A stretch of DNA of 63,985 nucleotides, filler included, from Olpidium bornovanus S191 (GCA_017911155.1; 26 parts of 26 records of this genome joined end to end with filler, not necessarily neighbours in it); one strand, 5' to 3'. Shown: positions 47,839-61,364, numbered from the whole stretch's first letter. Notes: generated by a model from the letters alone, not told the origin. Translations and numbers: made by a program.

Positions 47839-48870
47839 TTTTTTTTATTTTTTTACCGCCTCCGAAAACAGACGCTTTCGGCGTTTGGTGTCTGGACAAC
47901 GTTGGAGGGCGACCGGGGGCGCCGGCGGGGAGAAGGAGGGGGGAGGAAGGGGGTGCCGGGGGCGGTCGACGCGCGGGGGGCGGCAGCTGTCCGTGCCTCG
48001 CAGGATTTGGGGGTTGTGTCTGCGGAGACTCTAGGCGGACCCTGTCGGCGTTTGGCGTTTTGGCGTTTTGGCACGCAAATCCGACATCTTGCATTGACCC
48101 TGGCGCGACCCTGCGAAATTCCACGCAAAAGGGCAGTGACAGGACGGAGTTTTCGCCTTGCAAAATTTATTATTCACGGCTGGCCGGAGATTTTGGATGA
48201 CCCGAAGTCCTTTCCAGAAACGGTAAGCCGCCGTCACCACTCGGTTCTAACGCGCGTCGTCGAACGAACTCCTGCAGTAATATTGCACGTTTGGCATCGT
48301 CGTCAATCCAGATTTAGCCAAATTCTATGAACTCCGTAAAGTGCTCAAATTCACCTCGGACGGCGTCGGACGGATGAGCCGCGCTGCCCTCGGATTCTGA
48401 CCCACACAAACAGTGGCACGGCCTCCACCCCAATGTTTAGGTTCCTTGTTCGCCCGTTTCCGTACGTGCGGCAGGCACCACTGCCCGCTCTGCGGCACGG
48501 CCATCATTCTCAGATTTACACTTATGAATACCCCCACCGTCAGTGGTACGGCGTGCGGCATCTGCAAAGCTTCCAGTCTATCAGGATTGATGGCGAAAGC
48601 GGCCCCAATTCTTCTGTGTGATGCTGGAGGGTTATTCCGAAAAAGGGGAGGATGGGCAGGCAAACGAAAACAAATCGTTCTGGCTCCCCGTTTCGGGATC
48701 GTTCAGTGTTTGCCCCAAAAGTGCGTGATCCGCCGTCGCCAAAAAGCCTTCAATTCGTTCATGCATGTTCNNNNNNNNNNNNNNNNNNNNNNNNNNNNNN
48801 NNNNNNNNNNNNNNTTAATTAATTAANNNNNNNNNNNNNNNNNNNNNNNNNNNNNNNNNNNNNNNNNNNN

Positions 48871-50969
48871 ACATGTCCCGCACCCGGGCGTGCTTGTCGT
48901 AAATAGGAATCCCCGACAGCTCGAGGTGAGCCGAATCGGCGGCCTCGGCCTCGGCCACGACGTCCGGGTAGCGCACGGCCAGCCACCGCTCCAGGATACA
49001 GTAGGCCTTATAGTCGTGGCCTTCGTTGATATAGGAAATTGACAGAGACTGGGCGAAGGCGGGCGGCGGCGGCACAGTAGTTAACTCTGGCGCATCTAAG
49101 GACCCTCCACATTGTCCGACTGCGCAGTTTTGTCAGTGGATGACCAACCATCATCGCCTCCGCATTGCGCGGGTCGAGCTCAATGGCCGTCTCGAGCGCC
49201 TTTATAGCGGCGTCCTCCTTTTCATTCTCGGCCTGCGCGAGGCCCAGCTTCGTCCACGCGAGGCTGTTGCTGGGATTTCTTTGGCAGGCGGCCTCAAAGG
49301 CCAAGGAGGTCTGTTGCAGCGGGCCGGCCCCCGCCATCAGGCGGAGGCCCTCGGCAAACGGGTCCGAGTGGGTCAGGAATGGGTTTTCCCGCTCAAAGAC
49401 GTACCGGCCGCCGCGGGGTTCGGCGTCGACGTCCGGGTCCGGGCCTCGATCGTCCGCCAACCGCCCAGCCTCGCGCACGAACTCGTCCTCCCACGACAGC
49501 GGGTCCGCAGGGCTGCCCTCCTCCCCCTGCCGTCTCTCCCGAAGGTTTTTCCAGATGTTCTCGAATTCCGAGAAGTTATCCAGGTCTACCGCAGACGCCA
49601 CCTCGGCCTCTCCCTCAGGCGCCTTCCCGTCCGCGATCCGCGCGCGCACGAATTCGGCTTCCCAGTCTCTCTCCACCCGCTCTCCTACAGCATGCTGCTG
49701 CTGCTGCTGTTGCTGCTCGCGCCCAGCCAACGCAAACTGCTCCTCCCAATCGAAAGCCTGCCCAAACGCCTTGTCGAAATCGGCGTGGACCTCAACGGGT
49801 CCCGGCAAAAACTCTTTCTGTTCCATGAACGCGTCACGCCAGTCTGCGCAACACGCAGCGAACACGTGAGCAACCGACAAAAATGCTGTTAAGCCCCGAC
49901 GTTCCGTAAACGCAGACACCTACGAGCGCCGGGCATTTCGCCGTTGCTGACCATGTCGTATATTTTGTCCCAGTCCTCTCCAGGAGGGAACTCGTATGGG
50001 TGTGCAGAGTTGAACTCTGCCGCCCAATCTGTGGTTGGAGGGTGGACGAGCGTAAACAACGCCGCGGCCCGGAACTTCGGCCGGGTGCTGTCGAGCGCAG
50101 CAGCGCACACAGCCCGAGGTCGAGACGGAAAGGACAGCTTACCTGCCTGCGACGCGGGCCCCTCCCTCATTTGCACGGTGTCTAGCCTGCCTCGCATCTC
50201 GTCAAACCGGAATGCAGCGCCCGGCTGCGGGCCGGTCTCGGCCTCGTGCCGCTGCGGGTCGAAAAATTGTTCAACCATGGCCTTGTCCTCCAGCGGCTGC
50301 GGTCGCTCCGGCCCGCGAAACGCCCGGTTGCGCAGCTTTTTGTCCGGACGGTCGCGTTCGTCAACACAGAGATGGCGCGAGAACCGCGTGCCCGGAATCG
50401 TGCGGTTACGATGCTCACCTGGCTGGGACCGGCTTCCGGGCGGCCGGTGGGAGGGCCATAGGCGACATCCTAAAGGTAGCGCATAGTCAGACGGCCCAGT
50501 TTGTTCTCGCCAGGTGCGGAGGACCCTACCGGGAGGGCATGATGCGACACTCCCACTCGAACCCAAATTATCCGCTCTGTCCAGTTCCGCGCTCCCTCCC
50601 CCATGCCCCTTTTGCCATGCGGGACACGAAACGCACTCTCTGTACGGTCTTTTCCTGCGCGAAGTTCTTTGCGAGCTGGGCCAGAGGATTCGAACCCTGC
50701 GAATGGAAAAGTGGAGAAGTGGGCGTGGATAGGTGAACAGGGATCCCGCAAGGGGTCAGAGAAGCGGAACAGCGAGCCGCGGGTAGTCTCTCAGCACTCC
50801 TCCTCCTCGCTCTGTCTCTCTCTCTCTGAGTGATTCCTTCTCCTCCTTCACTTCCCCTTCACTCCCCCTTCACACGCCGCCGGCCACCTCCCCCTTAAGA
50901 CCGCGTGTTTCGGGCGCCCGCGCGTACCGAGCACTCCGTGCCGTTGACCAAGGTCTTGAAGGCGGACAT
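48871..50969 (-). CDS. PEX5: Peroxisomal PTS1 receptor Pex5 (3' truncated)
   Basis: MSAFKTLVNGTECS|GSNPLAQLAKNF (conserved N-terminal Cys), several WxxxF motifs (WAAEF, WEEQF, WEAEF, WEDEF), YVFERENPF, and TPRs LAFEAACQ...AWTKLGLAQAENEKE..AIKALE and LSISYINEG. Confidence 0.96.
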
Positions 50970-51150
50970 GCTGCTCGCTCCTCCGAAAGCCCTTGGCCTG
51001 CGGGGCGGATCGCGGTTTTTGAAAGGGAAGGAGGGAGAGGCGGAGGCGGCGAGGGGATTTCGTTTCTGCGCTTTTTTCTTTTTTTTTCAAAAGCGGGCCG
51101 AGCGCGCCTCCCCCCCCCCCCCTTTGTACCCCCCCCCCTCCCCCCCTTTT

Positions 51151-51206
<56 letters not shown>

Positions 51207-51338
51207 CCCCCCGCNNNNNNNNNNNNNNNNNNNNNNNNNNNNNNNNNNNNNNNNNNNNTTAATTAATTAANNNNNNNNNNNNNNNNNNNNNNNNNNNNNN
51301 NNNNNNNNNNNNNNGGGGGGGGGGGGGGGGGGGGGGGG

Positions 51339-51433
<95 letters not shown>

Positions 51434-52085
51434 CTGGCAGGGGTAACGCTCCCGCAGATGGAACGGGAGAGAGGAAGGTGGCCAGGCGGGGCGGGCGGGC
51501 GGCCTCGCGTATATACCTAGCCGGTCTTTGCGTGGCTTCCCAGATCCCCCCCGCCCTGCCCTCCCCGGCTTCTCGCCATCCCAGCCGGGCTCCGTAAACT
51601 GACTGGAGGGGTGGTGTCGGTCAGGTATCTGGTTATATTCCCGCGCTTTACCCCGCGTCGCTCTCGCTGGGTCCTGATCGGGTGGCGCGGGTCGTGAGTG
51701 TTTGACGCACTCGCTGCCGTGCTCGCTGATCTGAACGCGCCCGCCTGTCGCTTCGCTCCTCCCTCTTGAAAGACATCATCGCCGGACCTGCCGGACGCCA
51801 GCCGGCGGTCAAAGGGCCTATTAAAGCAACTACTTGGTCTGTTAGAATAAGCTGATTGCGCCCGCCGCACACGGTTCGCCTCCTTAACTCCAGATTGGTT
51901 CGGCGTGGTGAGTCCCTGATTTTCCCATGTGGGCCTCCGTGCGCTCTCTCCGGAAAAGCGACCGACCGCGTTCACGGCGGCCGCGGGCGGCAGAGTGTTC
52001 CACGAGTTCTGAGACCCCTGCGCGTGATCCAGGAAAGCCGTGAGCCAGGACCTTCGACGAACGTGTGGCGTGTCCTGCCGCGAAC

Positions 52086-52910
52086 ATGGAGGGCCTGGGG
52101 GAAAACTTTGTCGCGTCGTCGGGAGGGCACACCGTCATTACGAGGGTCCTGCTCTCGACGAACGGCATAGCTGCCGTGAAGGCGATACGATCCGTGAGGA
52201 AATGGGCGTATGAGACGTTCGGGGACGAGAAAGCCATCCAGTTCACCGTCATGGCCACTCCGGAAGACTTGCGCGTCAACGCGGAGTACATCCGCATGGC
52301 GGATCAGTACGTCGAAGTACCCGGCGGCTCGAACAACCACAATTACGCGAACGTGGACCTTATCGTCGATATCGCAGAGAGAACCGGCGTGCAGGTAAGG
52401 CCACCGTCGTCCGTGCCGTGTAAATTTGCTTCGGGATTGCCGGCTGCTGACTTTTGCATGCAACCGCCGCGTTGCCCGTTTTCTCCGGTTGCAAAAGGCC
52501 GTATGGGCCGGATGGTTCGTAAACTCAAAAATCTCTTTCGATTAAGCTTTTTATTTAAAAAAAAAAAAATACGTTCTTTGATGCTAACAAGGGATGATCT
52601 GGTTGTGATAGGGGCCACGCATCAGAGAATCCGCGGTTGCCAGAGACCTTGCTGAAGTGCAACCCGCCAGTTGTGTTCATTGGGCCCCCCGGGTTCGCGA
52701 TGCGCTCGCTGGGAGACAAGATCGCTTCTACCATCGTCGCCCAATCCGCTTCGGTACCGACAATGGGCTGGTCCGGAAGCGGCATCACCTCAACGGAACA
52801 AACCGAAAACGGATATGTCCACGTGCCCGATGAGATATACCGTCAGGCCACGGTCAACAGTGCCGAGGAAGGGCTGGAAAAAGCACGCCGGATCGGCTTC
52901 CCGGTCATGA
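52086..52910 (+). CDS. ACC1: Acetyl-CoA carboxylase, biotin carboxylase N-terminal part (partial)
   Basis: [73 protein letters not shown]|[36 protein letters not shown]. Confidence 0.96.
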
Positions 52911-53250
52911 NNNNNNNNNNNNNNNNNNNNNNNNNNNNNNNNNNNNNNNNNNNNTTAATTAATTAANNNNNNNNNNNNNNNNNNNNNNNNNNNNNNNNNN
53001 NNNNNNNNNNAAACAACCAAAAAAGGAAAAATTTAAAACCCCGTTCTCCCTTGCCCGCCCCGAACATTTTCCGCGTCTCTCCGAACTGTAGTTATTATGG
53101 CTCTTTTCCCCTGTGGCGCCTGTGGCTCATGGACGCAAAAAGCACCCATGACGAATCACGATATGACGATTTTCCGTACATTATGGTAACATAATCTGGG
53201 CGGTGGGACGCACGTTTACCCGTACAATAACACAACTTCTCCCGGAATCC

Positions 53251-54873
53251 TTAAGCCTTCCCCGCGTACTTGTCCCAGTCCTTCTTCTTCCCGGCCCGCT
53301 CCTTATTGTTGTCCTTGGGCGCGGACTTTTCCGTCTTCCTGCCCTTGTTTTCCTTGTCCTCCTGCTTCCGTTTGCCGCCCTTGCTCTTCTCCGCATCTTC
53401 GGCGGCCTTCGAAACTGTTGACGCCGCGTGGCCGTCCGGTACACGGATGAAGACGACAGACGGTTGCGCATCTGAGAAAGGGACATCAACGATGTGGAAG
53501 CCGAAACGCTCGAATTGGATGATATCACCTGTCCAATAATCCATTTCGTTATTGAACACGCAGCAAGCGAGTTCAAAACCGCGGACGCCACGAGCAAAGA
53601 AAATCACCCCCTTCCCCCACCCTTTTTCAATTCCTTAACGTTCGCGTCCGCGAGAACTGCGTTCCTAAACTCGGACACCGGGGTGATGAAGTTGACGACG
53701 TCGTCGCCCTCTTCGAGTTTCTCTTTGGTGATTAGGTAGTCGTATTCGCGCACTTCACACTCGACGGCAGCGGAGGCCGGGTGGGCGGCCAACCAGTGGA
53801 TCTTCTTCTTAGTGGCCTTGAAGTCCCCCTCCAAATTGAGGCGCATCTCGAGATTCGGCGATGCAGAGGCAACCACGGCGTTGCCCCAGTCCATCAAGGT
53901 AACCTCCTCGCCAAGGAAAAGGTCCGCGGCGTCGGCATCGTCCAGATAAATGTATGAGGCGTACACGGTCGTCTTCGTTCCCATAGCCGGTACCTTCTTG
54001 TGCCTCGGCACGAGCTTTGTCTCGAACTGCGCGGGCCCCCCGATAATGTTTACTTTGACACTGGGTGACACATTTAAAATTGACGGACACAAGCCGGAGG
54101 TCAGCCGAAGTCGGCCATCCAAAATCACAGTTCGTGCGCGCAATCAACACAAAGTTTAAAGATAACTAATTACCAACTGTCCTTGAGGACCCGGATGTGC
54201 CGCGGGGCGATGGGGTCGATGGCCTTCCGGTTAAGTGCCCACAGCTTGTCCCATTCGAGGTTTACGGCATTAGTGGACGGCCCCTGGGCGACAATGTAAT
54301 CCTTGAGGGCGGCCACGGTCATCCCGCGGCGACAGATGCCTGGGACAACAAATGGGACGCGATAAGCCGCGACTGGCCGGACACTCAACCAGTACGAACA
54401 GTCGCCGGAAGCTGCACCAAGTTCAACGTATTCTCCCGGCTAGAACACAAAACACGTACCCCGTACTGTCGGAAAGCGTGGGTCATCCCAGCCGGACACG
54501 ATGCCTTGGTCGACAAACCACTGGAGTTTGCGTTTGCTGAGCAGGGTGTATTTGAAATTCATTCGCGCGTAGTCCCATATGTGGACCTGGCGCAGGCCAA
54601 GGTTGTCCAGGAACCACTGGTACTGCGGGTTGCGGTCTCGGTACTCGTTGGTCCGTAGCGCGTGCGTGACACCCTCCCACGAGTCGACTGCAGGGCACGC
54701 AAAGTCGTAGGTAGGGTAGACCTTCCACTTTGTTCTGTTTATGGACCATAACGGAAGTTAATGGGAAGACTAACAAATCCGTCAGCGCCGGCCAGAAAAA
54801 AAAATTGATGATCAGAGAAATCAAAATCCGTTACCCGGTCCGATGGTGAGGCGTCAAATTGCAGCGGTACATG
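53251..54873 (-). CDS. GUS1: Cytosolic glutamyl-tRNA synthetase (5' truncated)
   Basis: [13 protein letters not shown]|[88 protein letters not shown]. Confidence 0.97.
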
Positions 54874-56247
54874 NNNNNNNNNNNNNNNNNNNNNNNNNNN
54901 NNNNNNNNNNNNNNNNNTTAATTAATTAANNNNNNNNNNNNNNNNNNNNNNNNNNNNNNNNNNNNNNNNNNNNCATGTCCGGCATCAATCGCGTTCGTTA
55001 GCGAACGTCGGCCCTTTCCCCCGCACCACTCCCACAATGATACTTGCCAATTGGAAGAAAAATGTGGGGTAGCGGGTGTGTCTTCGGAAGGCTTTTTCTT
55101 TTTGTCCGGGGGTAGGGGTCGCTCCCTCAAACCCTCCCCACTTTTTTCCGGTCGCGGCGTGAGTCAGTTGGACCGCCGTCAACTGCTCCGCCAGCGGAAA
55201 AAAGTCTCTCCCTCTCTCCCTCTCTCCCTCTCTCCCTCTCTCCCTCTATCTCCTTTTCTCTGTCCCTCTCCTCTCGCTTCCCTCAGCGCCCTGTTCCCCC
55301 TCCGCGCCCTTTTCTTTTTCGTTTCCCGCTCGGATTTCTTTTCGGTGGAACTTCAGGGCCGCAAGGAATAGGGGTGGTGGCGGAGAGGGGTGCGGCGGGA
55401 CGCAATGTCGCAAGTTTACAAAAAAAAAGGGAAAGAAAAATGCGATAGAGAAAGAAAAGGAAAAAAAAAATGGCGCGAACCTTCTGAGCGCGGGAAAAAA
55501 TAATAAGGAAAAGAAAACCGGCCGGCAACTGCTGCGGGGGAAGGGAAAAGAGGAGTGGGGAAGGCCGCGGCGGGCGGGCCCGGGGAAATAAAAATGGATC
55601 GGAAAGAACAAATCAAAAAGGTGAAACGCGCACAAAACCGTTCGCCCGAATATGGCGTCAAACGCCTCTTCGCCCCCCCCCTTCCCCCTCACCCGTCCTT
55701 CCCTCCCACCACCCTTTCTCCCAACCGGCCCCCGCCTCGGCGGAAAAAAATAAACGCCCCGCGCGCTTTTCTTTCCCTCACTCCCCGCCCCAGCCGCTTT
55801 TCTTTTTCCCCCGCGCCGGGGCAAAACACTTCCCCCTTCCCTCGGCCGCCGCCCCGCCGCTTTCCCCTTCCAGCCGCGTCTCTGGAAAAAAGAACCCCCC
55901 ACGAAAACCCGGCGACCGTATAAAAAGCCCCAAGACGCCCGCCGCTTTTTCCTTCGCCGCGCATCTTTTTGCACGCATTCCCCCGGCCCACCCCCCCTTC
56001 TCCCTTCCCCCCCGCGTTCGGCGGGTCGCGCGAACGATCCCCGCGCGATCCCGAAAGTTTTTTTATTTTTGTTTTTTTCCGGGCCGTTCGGCGGGCGTAC
56101 CCCCAACCCCCCTCCCGGCCGAATAGGCGCGTCCGCGGCGACCGGCCCTCCGCCCCTCACATCTTCCCCATTCCAACATCCCCTTCTCCTCCTCCACCAC
56201 ACGCACCGGTCTCTCCCCTCCCTCCTTTCCCAAGGCCTTCCCTTACA

Positions 56248-57456
56248 ATGGTCTCCGGATTCGCGCTGTGCGCCGCGCTGCTGGTCAGCATCTCCGGGAA
56301 AGCGTCCGGTGACGGGGTAGGTAAAAGGAAACATTTGACGCGTCTGGTGCGGATGGGGCGGGTGGACGGGGGAAGGGGCGAGGCCGGCGGTCGGCTCGCA
56401 GAGCCGGGCAGCGGCGGAAAGAAAAGGGGGCGAAAAACGCATTCTGCCCGGGGCCCCCCCCCCCCCCCCTCCCCACCTTCCCCTATCCCTTCCCTTCCCA
56501 ACGTTCCATTGCCGGACGCTTTCCTCGGGGATTGATTCTTTTGACGCGCAAAAAAAAAATTTCGCGCCTGCCTTCGGGTCCCCCTTCCCCCCACCCGCAC
56601 AAAAAGATCTTCTTGACGTACCCGGTGACCGGAGGAAAGCCGTGGGTCATCGGCGAGCCGGGACTGATTCGCTGGTAAACGGCGGCGGGGCGCGCTCTGA
56701 TTTGTCCGCCGAGAAAGCGGGACGAGGCGAAGGTTTTTTTTTCTTTGGCGCGCCGGGAAAAGAGTAACTTTCGCCTCTTTCCCACACAGGAAAGCGGTGA
56801 TCGAAGCGGCTTCCACCGCGTTTCCGCCGACCGTCCAGATCGACCTGATGAGCGGCCCGCACAACGCCGCCAGCGTCCTGCGCCCCATCACTTCGGCGGT
56901 CGACCCGCGGTAAATTTTTTGCGACATCAGCCGGGCGCGACGGGAGTCATTCCGCAAATCCAACCCTCTCTTAAAACAAACATCCAGGGCGGAGAATTAC
57001 ACGTGGCCTGCGGTGCCGGAAGACGTTCCCGCAAACGCGACCGGCCACTTCATTCGAATTGGCACTCAGAGCACCGGATTCGCCTACGGCTCTGATTTCG
57101 CCATCACTGGTAAACGTAAAAGCGGGCGGTTTTTTTTCTTCTTTTTCTTCTCGTGTTGGCGGGGTTGCTGTCGCGGCCGGACCGGTGGATCCTGACGGGT
57201 GTGCTGCGGGTTCCTCCTTTTTCTCCTTCTACTTTCTCTTTCTCTCTCTCCCGTCTCGCCTCCCGCGCCGCCCGGCCGTCCGATTTTCGAAGCGGACAAT
57301 TCTACGGAAACTTCCGCGTCGAGCACCGAACCAGCCGAACCCGCCGCCACCGCTACCCCCGAGTCGGCCGGCGGGGCCCCGCCGGTCCTCGGCCACTCCG
57401 CTCCTTACGCATGCCTTCTCGCAGCGGCAGCGGGCGCCGCGCTAACATTGATCTAA
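56248..57456 (+). CDS. Secreted Ser/Thr-rich GPI-anchored protein (Kre9/Knh1-like N-terminal domain)
   Basis: Signal peptide MVSGFALCAALLVSISG, then IFLTYPVTGGKPWVIGEPGLIRW, PPTVQIDLMSG...VLRPITSAVDP, FAYGSDFAITG, an S/T/P/E linker and hydrophobic tail YACLLAAAAGAALTLI*. Confidence 0.75.
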
Positions 57457-57540
57457 GGACGGCGCGCTGGGCTGCCCGCTCGAAACGGGCCGGCACCCCG
57501 CGAGGCTCACCCCTCCCGGAGGCCGGGAGACAATTTGGAG

Positions 57541-57547
57541 AGAGGGA

Positions 57548-57585
<38 letters not shown>
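57541..57585. repeat. (GA)n microsatellite (similar tracts at about 39365-39415 and 39835-39878)
   Basis: Direct dinucleotide run. Confidence 0.9.
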
Positions 57586-57825
57586 GGCCAAAACGTAAAT
57601 TTAACTTTAACGTAAAAATAAGCTTGACGACGGCTTTCTCTGCTCGAAGCAAGGTGGCAGGGGCCGACTGCGAGTCGGGCCGAGCAAACAGGGAGAGGGG
57701 GTGAGGGGGGGGGGGGGGGGGGGGGNNNNNNNNNNNNNNNNNNNNNNNNNNNNNNNNNNNNNNNNNNNNTTAATTAATTAANNNNNNNNNNNNNNNNNNN
57801 NNNNNNNNNNNNNNNNNNNNNNNNN

Positions 57826-60800
57826 CATGTCCTCCGCCGGCCCGAGGACGCCGCCGGCCGGGGCGAACTGGACGTCGAACCTGGCGTTCTGCGCCGTGGG
57901 GACGGACTGCCACCGGAACGTCGTCGGGAGGAGGGTGAGGTTCCTCAGCGTGACGGTCGCGCCGGCCGGTATCCCGACGTAGCTGTGCGGCAGCCGCGCG
58001 AAACTCTCGGTGAGGCACGCGAGCGGCGTCTGCACCTCGGCCCTCATCTCGACGCACGACACGGCCACGCTGTCGGCGTCCGCCGTGAACTTTCCCGGGC
58101 CGGCGGCGCGGTCGTCCGCCGCGCGCCGCCGGACCCGGATCTCCATCACGCTGCGGAAGCGGTCGCAGCGCGGCGGAGAGAACGCCGCGCTGATCGTCTC
58201 CTGCGCCCCGCCCTCGAGGAAGCCCTGGCACGGTTCGAAGACCGGGAGCTCCTTGTCTGGCCCGTCCACCTCCCCTTCCCCGCGGCGGCGGGGCCACTGA
58301 GGGAAGGCTCGGATCTCCCACTTCATGCCCGAGGGCGACTTGTTCGTCAGTGCCATCTGCAGGGTCCGCGCCTCCCCCAACTCAAACAGGCCAAAGTCCA
58401 GGACCGGCCGGTCGACATCGACCATGCCGATCCGAGGAATGACCTCCACCTGGACGGGAAGGCGGAGGACGTCCCCCGTGTCCATGACGAACAGCAGGCG
58501 GCTGTCGAGTTTTCCCGCGAAGAGCGCGAGGAATTTGACCGTTATGTAGCGGCAGGGCCCGGTCTCCATCATGCCGCTGCCCGGTTCGGTGCTGACAACC
58601 GCGACCGTCGGATTCGCGTCTTCCACCGTCGTGCGGTAATGGATCGTGGATATCGACATGTTCGTCATGCGGACCGCCACCTCGAAGGTGTGGCCCATGG
58701 GGACGCCGTACGGCACGCGGATGAACGAAGGGTGGACCTCGATGTTGTAGGGCACCCCGAACCCCGTGCATTCCAGCCGCAGCGACCAGACTTCGTCCGA
58801 CGCCTGCCGGGATTCGGAGTGATCGCGCTCCCCCGGGCCGGATTTTCGGGCGGCCCGCGGCCGCCGCGGGGCGGCGTTGTCGGCGAGCAGGTAGAGGTCC
58901 GCGCAGATGTCGTAGCTCTTCATCTCCTTCGGCGTGAACGACAGCGTGAAGGTCTGGTCGGCGCCGGGCCCGATGTACCCCTTGTTGGGGCGTATCCAGA
59001 GCGCCGTGCGGCCCTTCTCGGGTTCCGCGACGACGGGCGACGCGGGGTCGCCCTTGACCGTCCTGGCGGTCCGGGGCCGGTTGTCGCCGGGGTTGTCGAT
59101 CGTCCTCCACTTGAAGGGGAGCGATATGCGGGTCAGGTTCCTCACCGTCACCTCCTCCACCGTGCAGCCGTGGGCGTTCTGCGGGCCGAAATCTACCGCG
59201 GCGACCTGGCGCCTGGTGCCGCCTCCGTCCTCTCCGGCGTCTTCCCGGATCTCGGGCGCCCGGTTCCCCGCGACGGCCGTCAGCTCCACTCGCGGGATCT
59301 GCGCCAGCCCTCTCACGGGCACGTCCAGCAGCTGGCAGTTGTCGCAGGCGAGGGCAAACGTCGCCTGGTCTTCCCTTTCGAAGCTGCCGCCCGCGATCGG
59401 CGAGGGCGAGTATCGCACAGACAGCGAGAGTGATTCCCCGCGATCCAGCGAGAAGTCCCCGGGCGAGATCTCGAAAGGCCCGATGGCCACCCGCCGCGCC
59501 TTCAGGTCGTCGGGGACGTTGCTCCATATCCTCCTGTGATCAATCCCGCCCTCTCCGACCTCGTCCTCCCGCAAGACGAGGAACCTCCCGGGCCCGCCGG
59601 CGTTCCGCACGTCCCACAGGCTCTCCGTCGTGCACCCGGCCTGGTACGGCCCGCAGTCGAGCGCGGGCGGCAGCGACAGCTCCGGCGGATCGCGGCGGGC
59701 GAAGGCGGGCACGACGAAGCTCTTGCCGTGCTCGGCCTGGACCACGAAGGCGTCCTCGTAATCCGCCAGCGTGTCGGGCGTGAACGTGATCCTGTAAAAG
59801 CAGCTCATGCCGGGCGCGACCAGGCCGAATTCCGGCTGGGGCGTGTGGATCTGCTCGACGGCGAAGTGCTTCGACGCCGTCGCCATGTCCCCGCACGTCA
59901 CGCGGAGGCGGTGGGAATTTTTCGACGCGTTTTTCAGTTCCAGGCGCGCCGTGTACGTGCGGTGCGGGCGGTAGCCGCGGAAGTGGATCGCGGGCGGTAT
60001 GGCGATTATCGGCGAGGGCTCCTCCTCGTGGTCGCCGCGGCGCTCCGAAAAAGCCGCTCGGGGCGCCGCCGCGTCGGCCGAGGGTCGTTGTCGTTCCTCG
60101 GCGGGGCGCCGCCGAGAGAGGCTTTTCGGCCGGCGGGCGGCCGGCGGGCCCGAAGCCGGCCGGACGCCGGCCCCCCTTTTCGGCCGCGCCGCCGGCTCGT
60201 ACGCTTCCGGCAGCCGGTAGAGCTTTCCGGCCGGCAGCGGGTGGCGCGGGGTCCGCAGGGACGTTATGCGCGAGTTCATGTCGCGCAGCGCCTGGCGCTC
60301 CGCGTCGCGGATCGTCGGGCTGACGGGGCGGGCTCCCGCCCGCAGCGGTTCCAACAGCCGCCCCCTGACCTTCCCGGCGGCCGAGACCCTCGCGGCCGCT
60401 TCGTCCGAGTCGTCGAGGGAGTCGGCGAGGAGGGACTGCACGTTCCGCCAGTCGCGCGGCCTCGGCAGCCAGCGGTAGCGCAGCCCCGTGTCCGTCCGGC
60501 GCTTGGCCACGCCTCGCAGCGCATCCGGCTCCGGCGGGGCCCCCGCCGCGATCTCCGGCCCGCCCCGCCGCTCTTCGGCGAACCCTGCGGTGAGGAGGCC
60601 GTTCCCCCTGAGAAACTCCTCGTCCGTGTCCATCAGGCTCCGCACCGCCGGCAGGCCCGTTTCCCGGTACTTCGCCGTGTACGCCGCGATCTGCGCCTCC
60701 TCGAACTCGCGGTCTCTCGCGAGGGCCTCGTCCCGCTTGCTGCACACGTAGTCCATGAGCTGCCGCAGCCGGCGCAGCTTCTCGTCTCTCCTCGCCGCGA

Positions 60801-60903
60801 TGCCGTCCAGCTCCTCCCGGTCCGGATCCTCCGGCGGCGGCTGCTGCTCCGGGCCCGCCGCCTCCGCCGGCGGGACCGGCTCCAAGGGCGCTTGCACTTC
60901 CAT
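57826..60903 (-). CDS. DLEC1: DLEC1/CFAP81 ciliary central-apparatus protein with ASH/Ig-like domains (3' truncated)
   Basis: Uninterrupted ORF of more than 1000 codons: IHFRGYRPHRTYTARLELKN, GLVAPGMSCFYRITFTPDTLADYEDAFVV, ARRDPPELSLPPALDCG, PFEISPGDFSL, CDNCQ and VRNLTRISLPFKW match DLEC1 motifs (GMVAPGMTC.Y.V.F.PD.LGDFDD; ARRPPPVLTL...LDCG). Confidence 0.88.
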
Positions 60904-61364
60904 CACCCCAGAAAGGCCAAGGGATCAGTCGGGCGATTCGACCGGGCGGGGAAGCCAAGCGCGCGCGGCTAAATGAAAATAATAATATTATTATTTGTTG
61001 ATAATAAAACTGAAGAAAAAAAGAAAAGAAAAAAGAAAAAAACGGCAGCGGCAGTAGTGCGGCGCTTGCGTGCGTGCGTGCGTGTGTATGTGTGGTGTGT
61101 GTTTGGTACGACAAAGCCCATGCTGTGCCCATGTCCGAGCATCGCACAAAACCCCCATTCNNNNNNNNNNNNNNNNNNNNNNNNNNNNNNNNNNNNNNNN
61201 NNNNTTAATTAATTAANNNNNNNNNNNNNNNNNNNNNNNNNNNNNNNNNNNNNNNNNNNNAAAAAAAAAAACGAAAGAAACGAGCGCGGGCCGTCGGCCG
61301 GAAAAGTCGAAAAATAAGTTGGAAAAACCAGGCCCCACCGCCACCCGAGCCGTGAGCTTCGCAC

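Noticed and set aside
47140-48330. Long antisense ORFs over URA5, also over DLEC1 (57985-60972), DDHD (25204-26512) and PEX5 (49140-49892)
   Set aside because: Shadow ORFs expected from high GC3 codon usage; no independent motifs.
48455-48570. CGRHHCPLCG...CGIC as a FYVE-like zinc finger
   Set aside because: Ligand spacing is incomplete, the basic R(R/K)HHCR patch is missing and there is no supporting exon structure. May be chance.
51315-51432. Very long poly-G/poly-C runs here and at many contig ends (poly-Pro/Gly ORFs, G-quadruplex candidates)
   Set aside because: They sit mostly at contig termini and their length is unreliable. Likely sequencing or assembly inflation.
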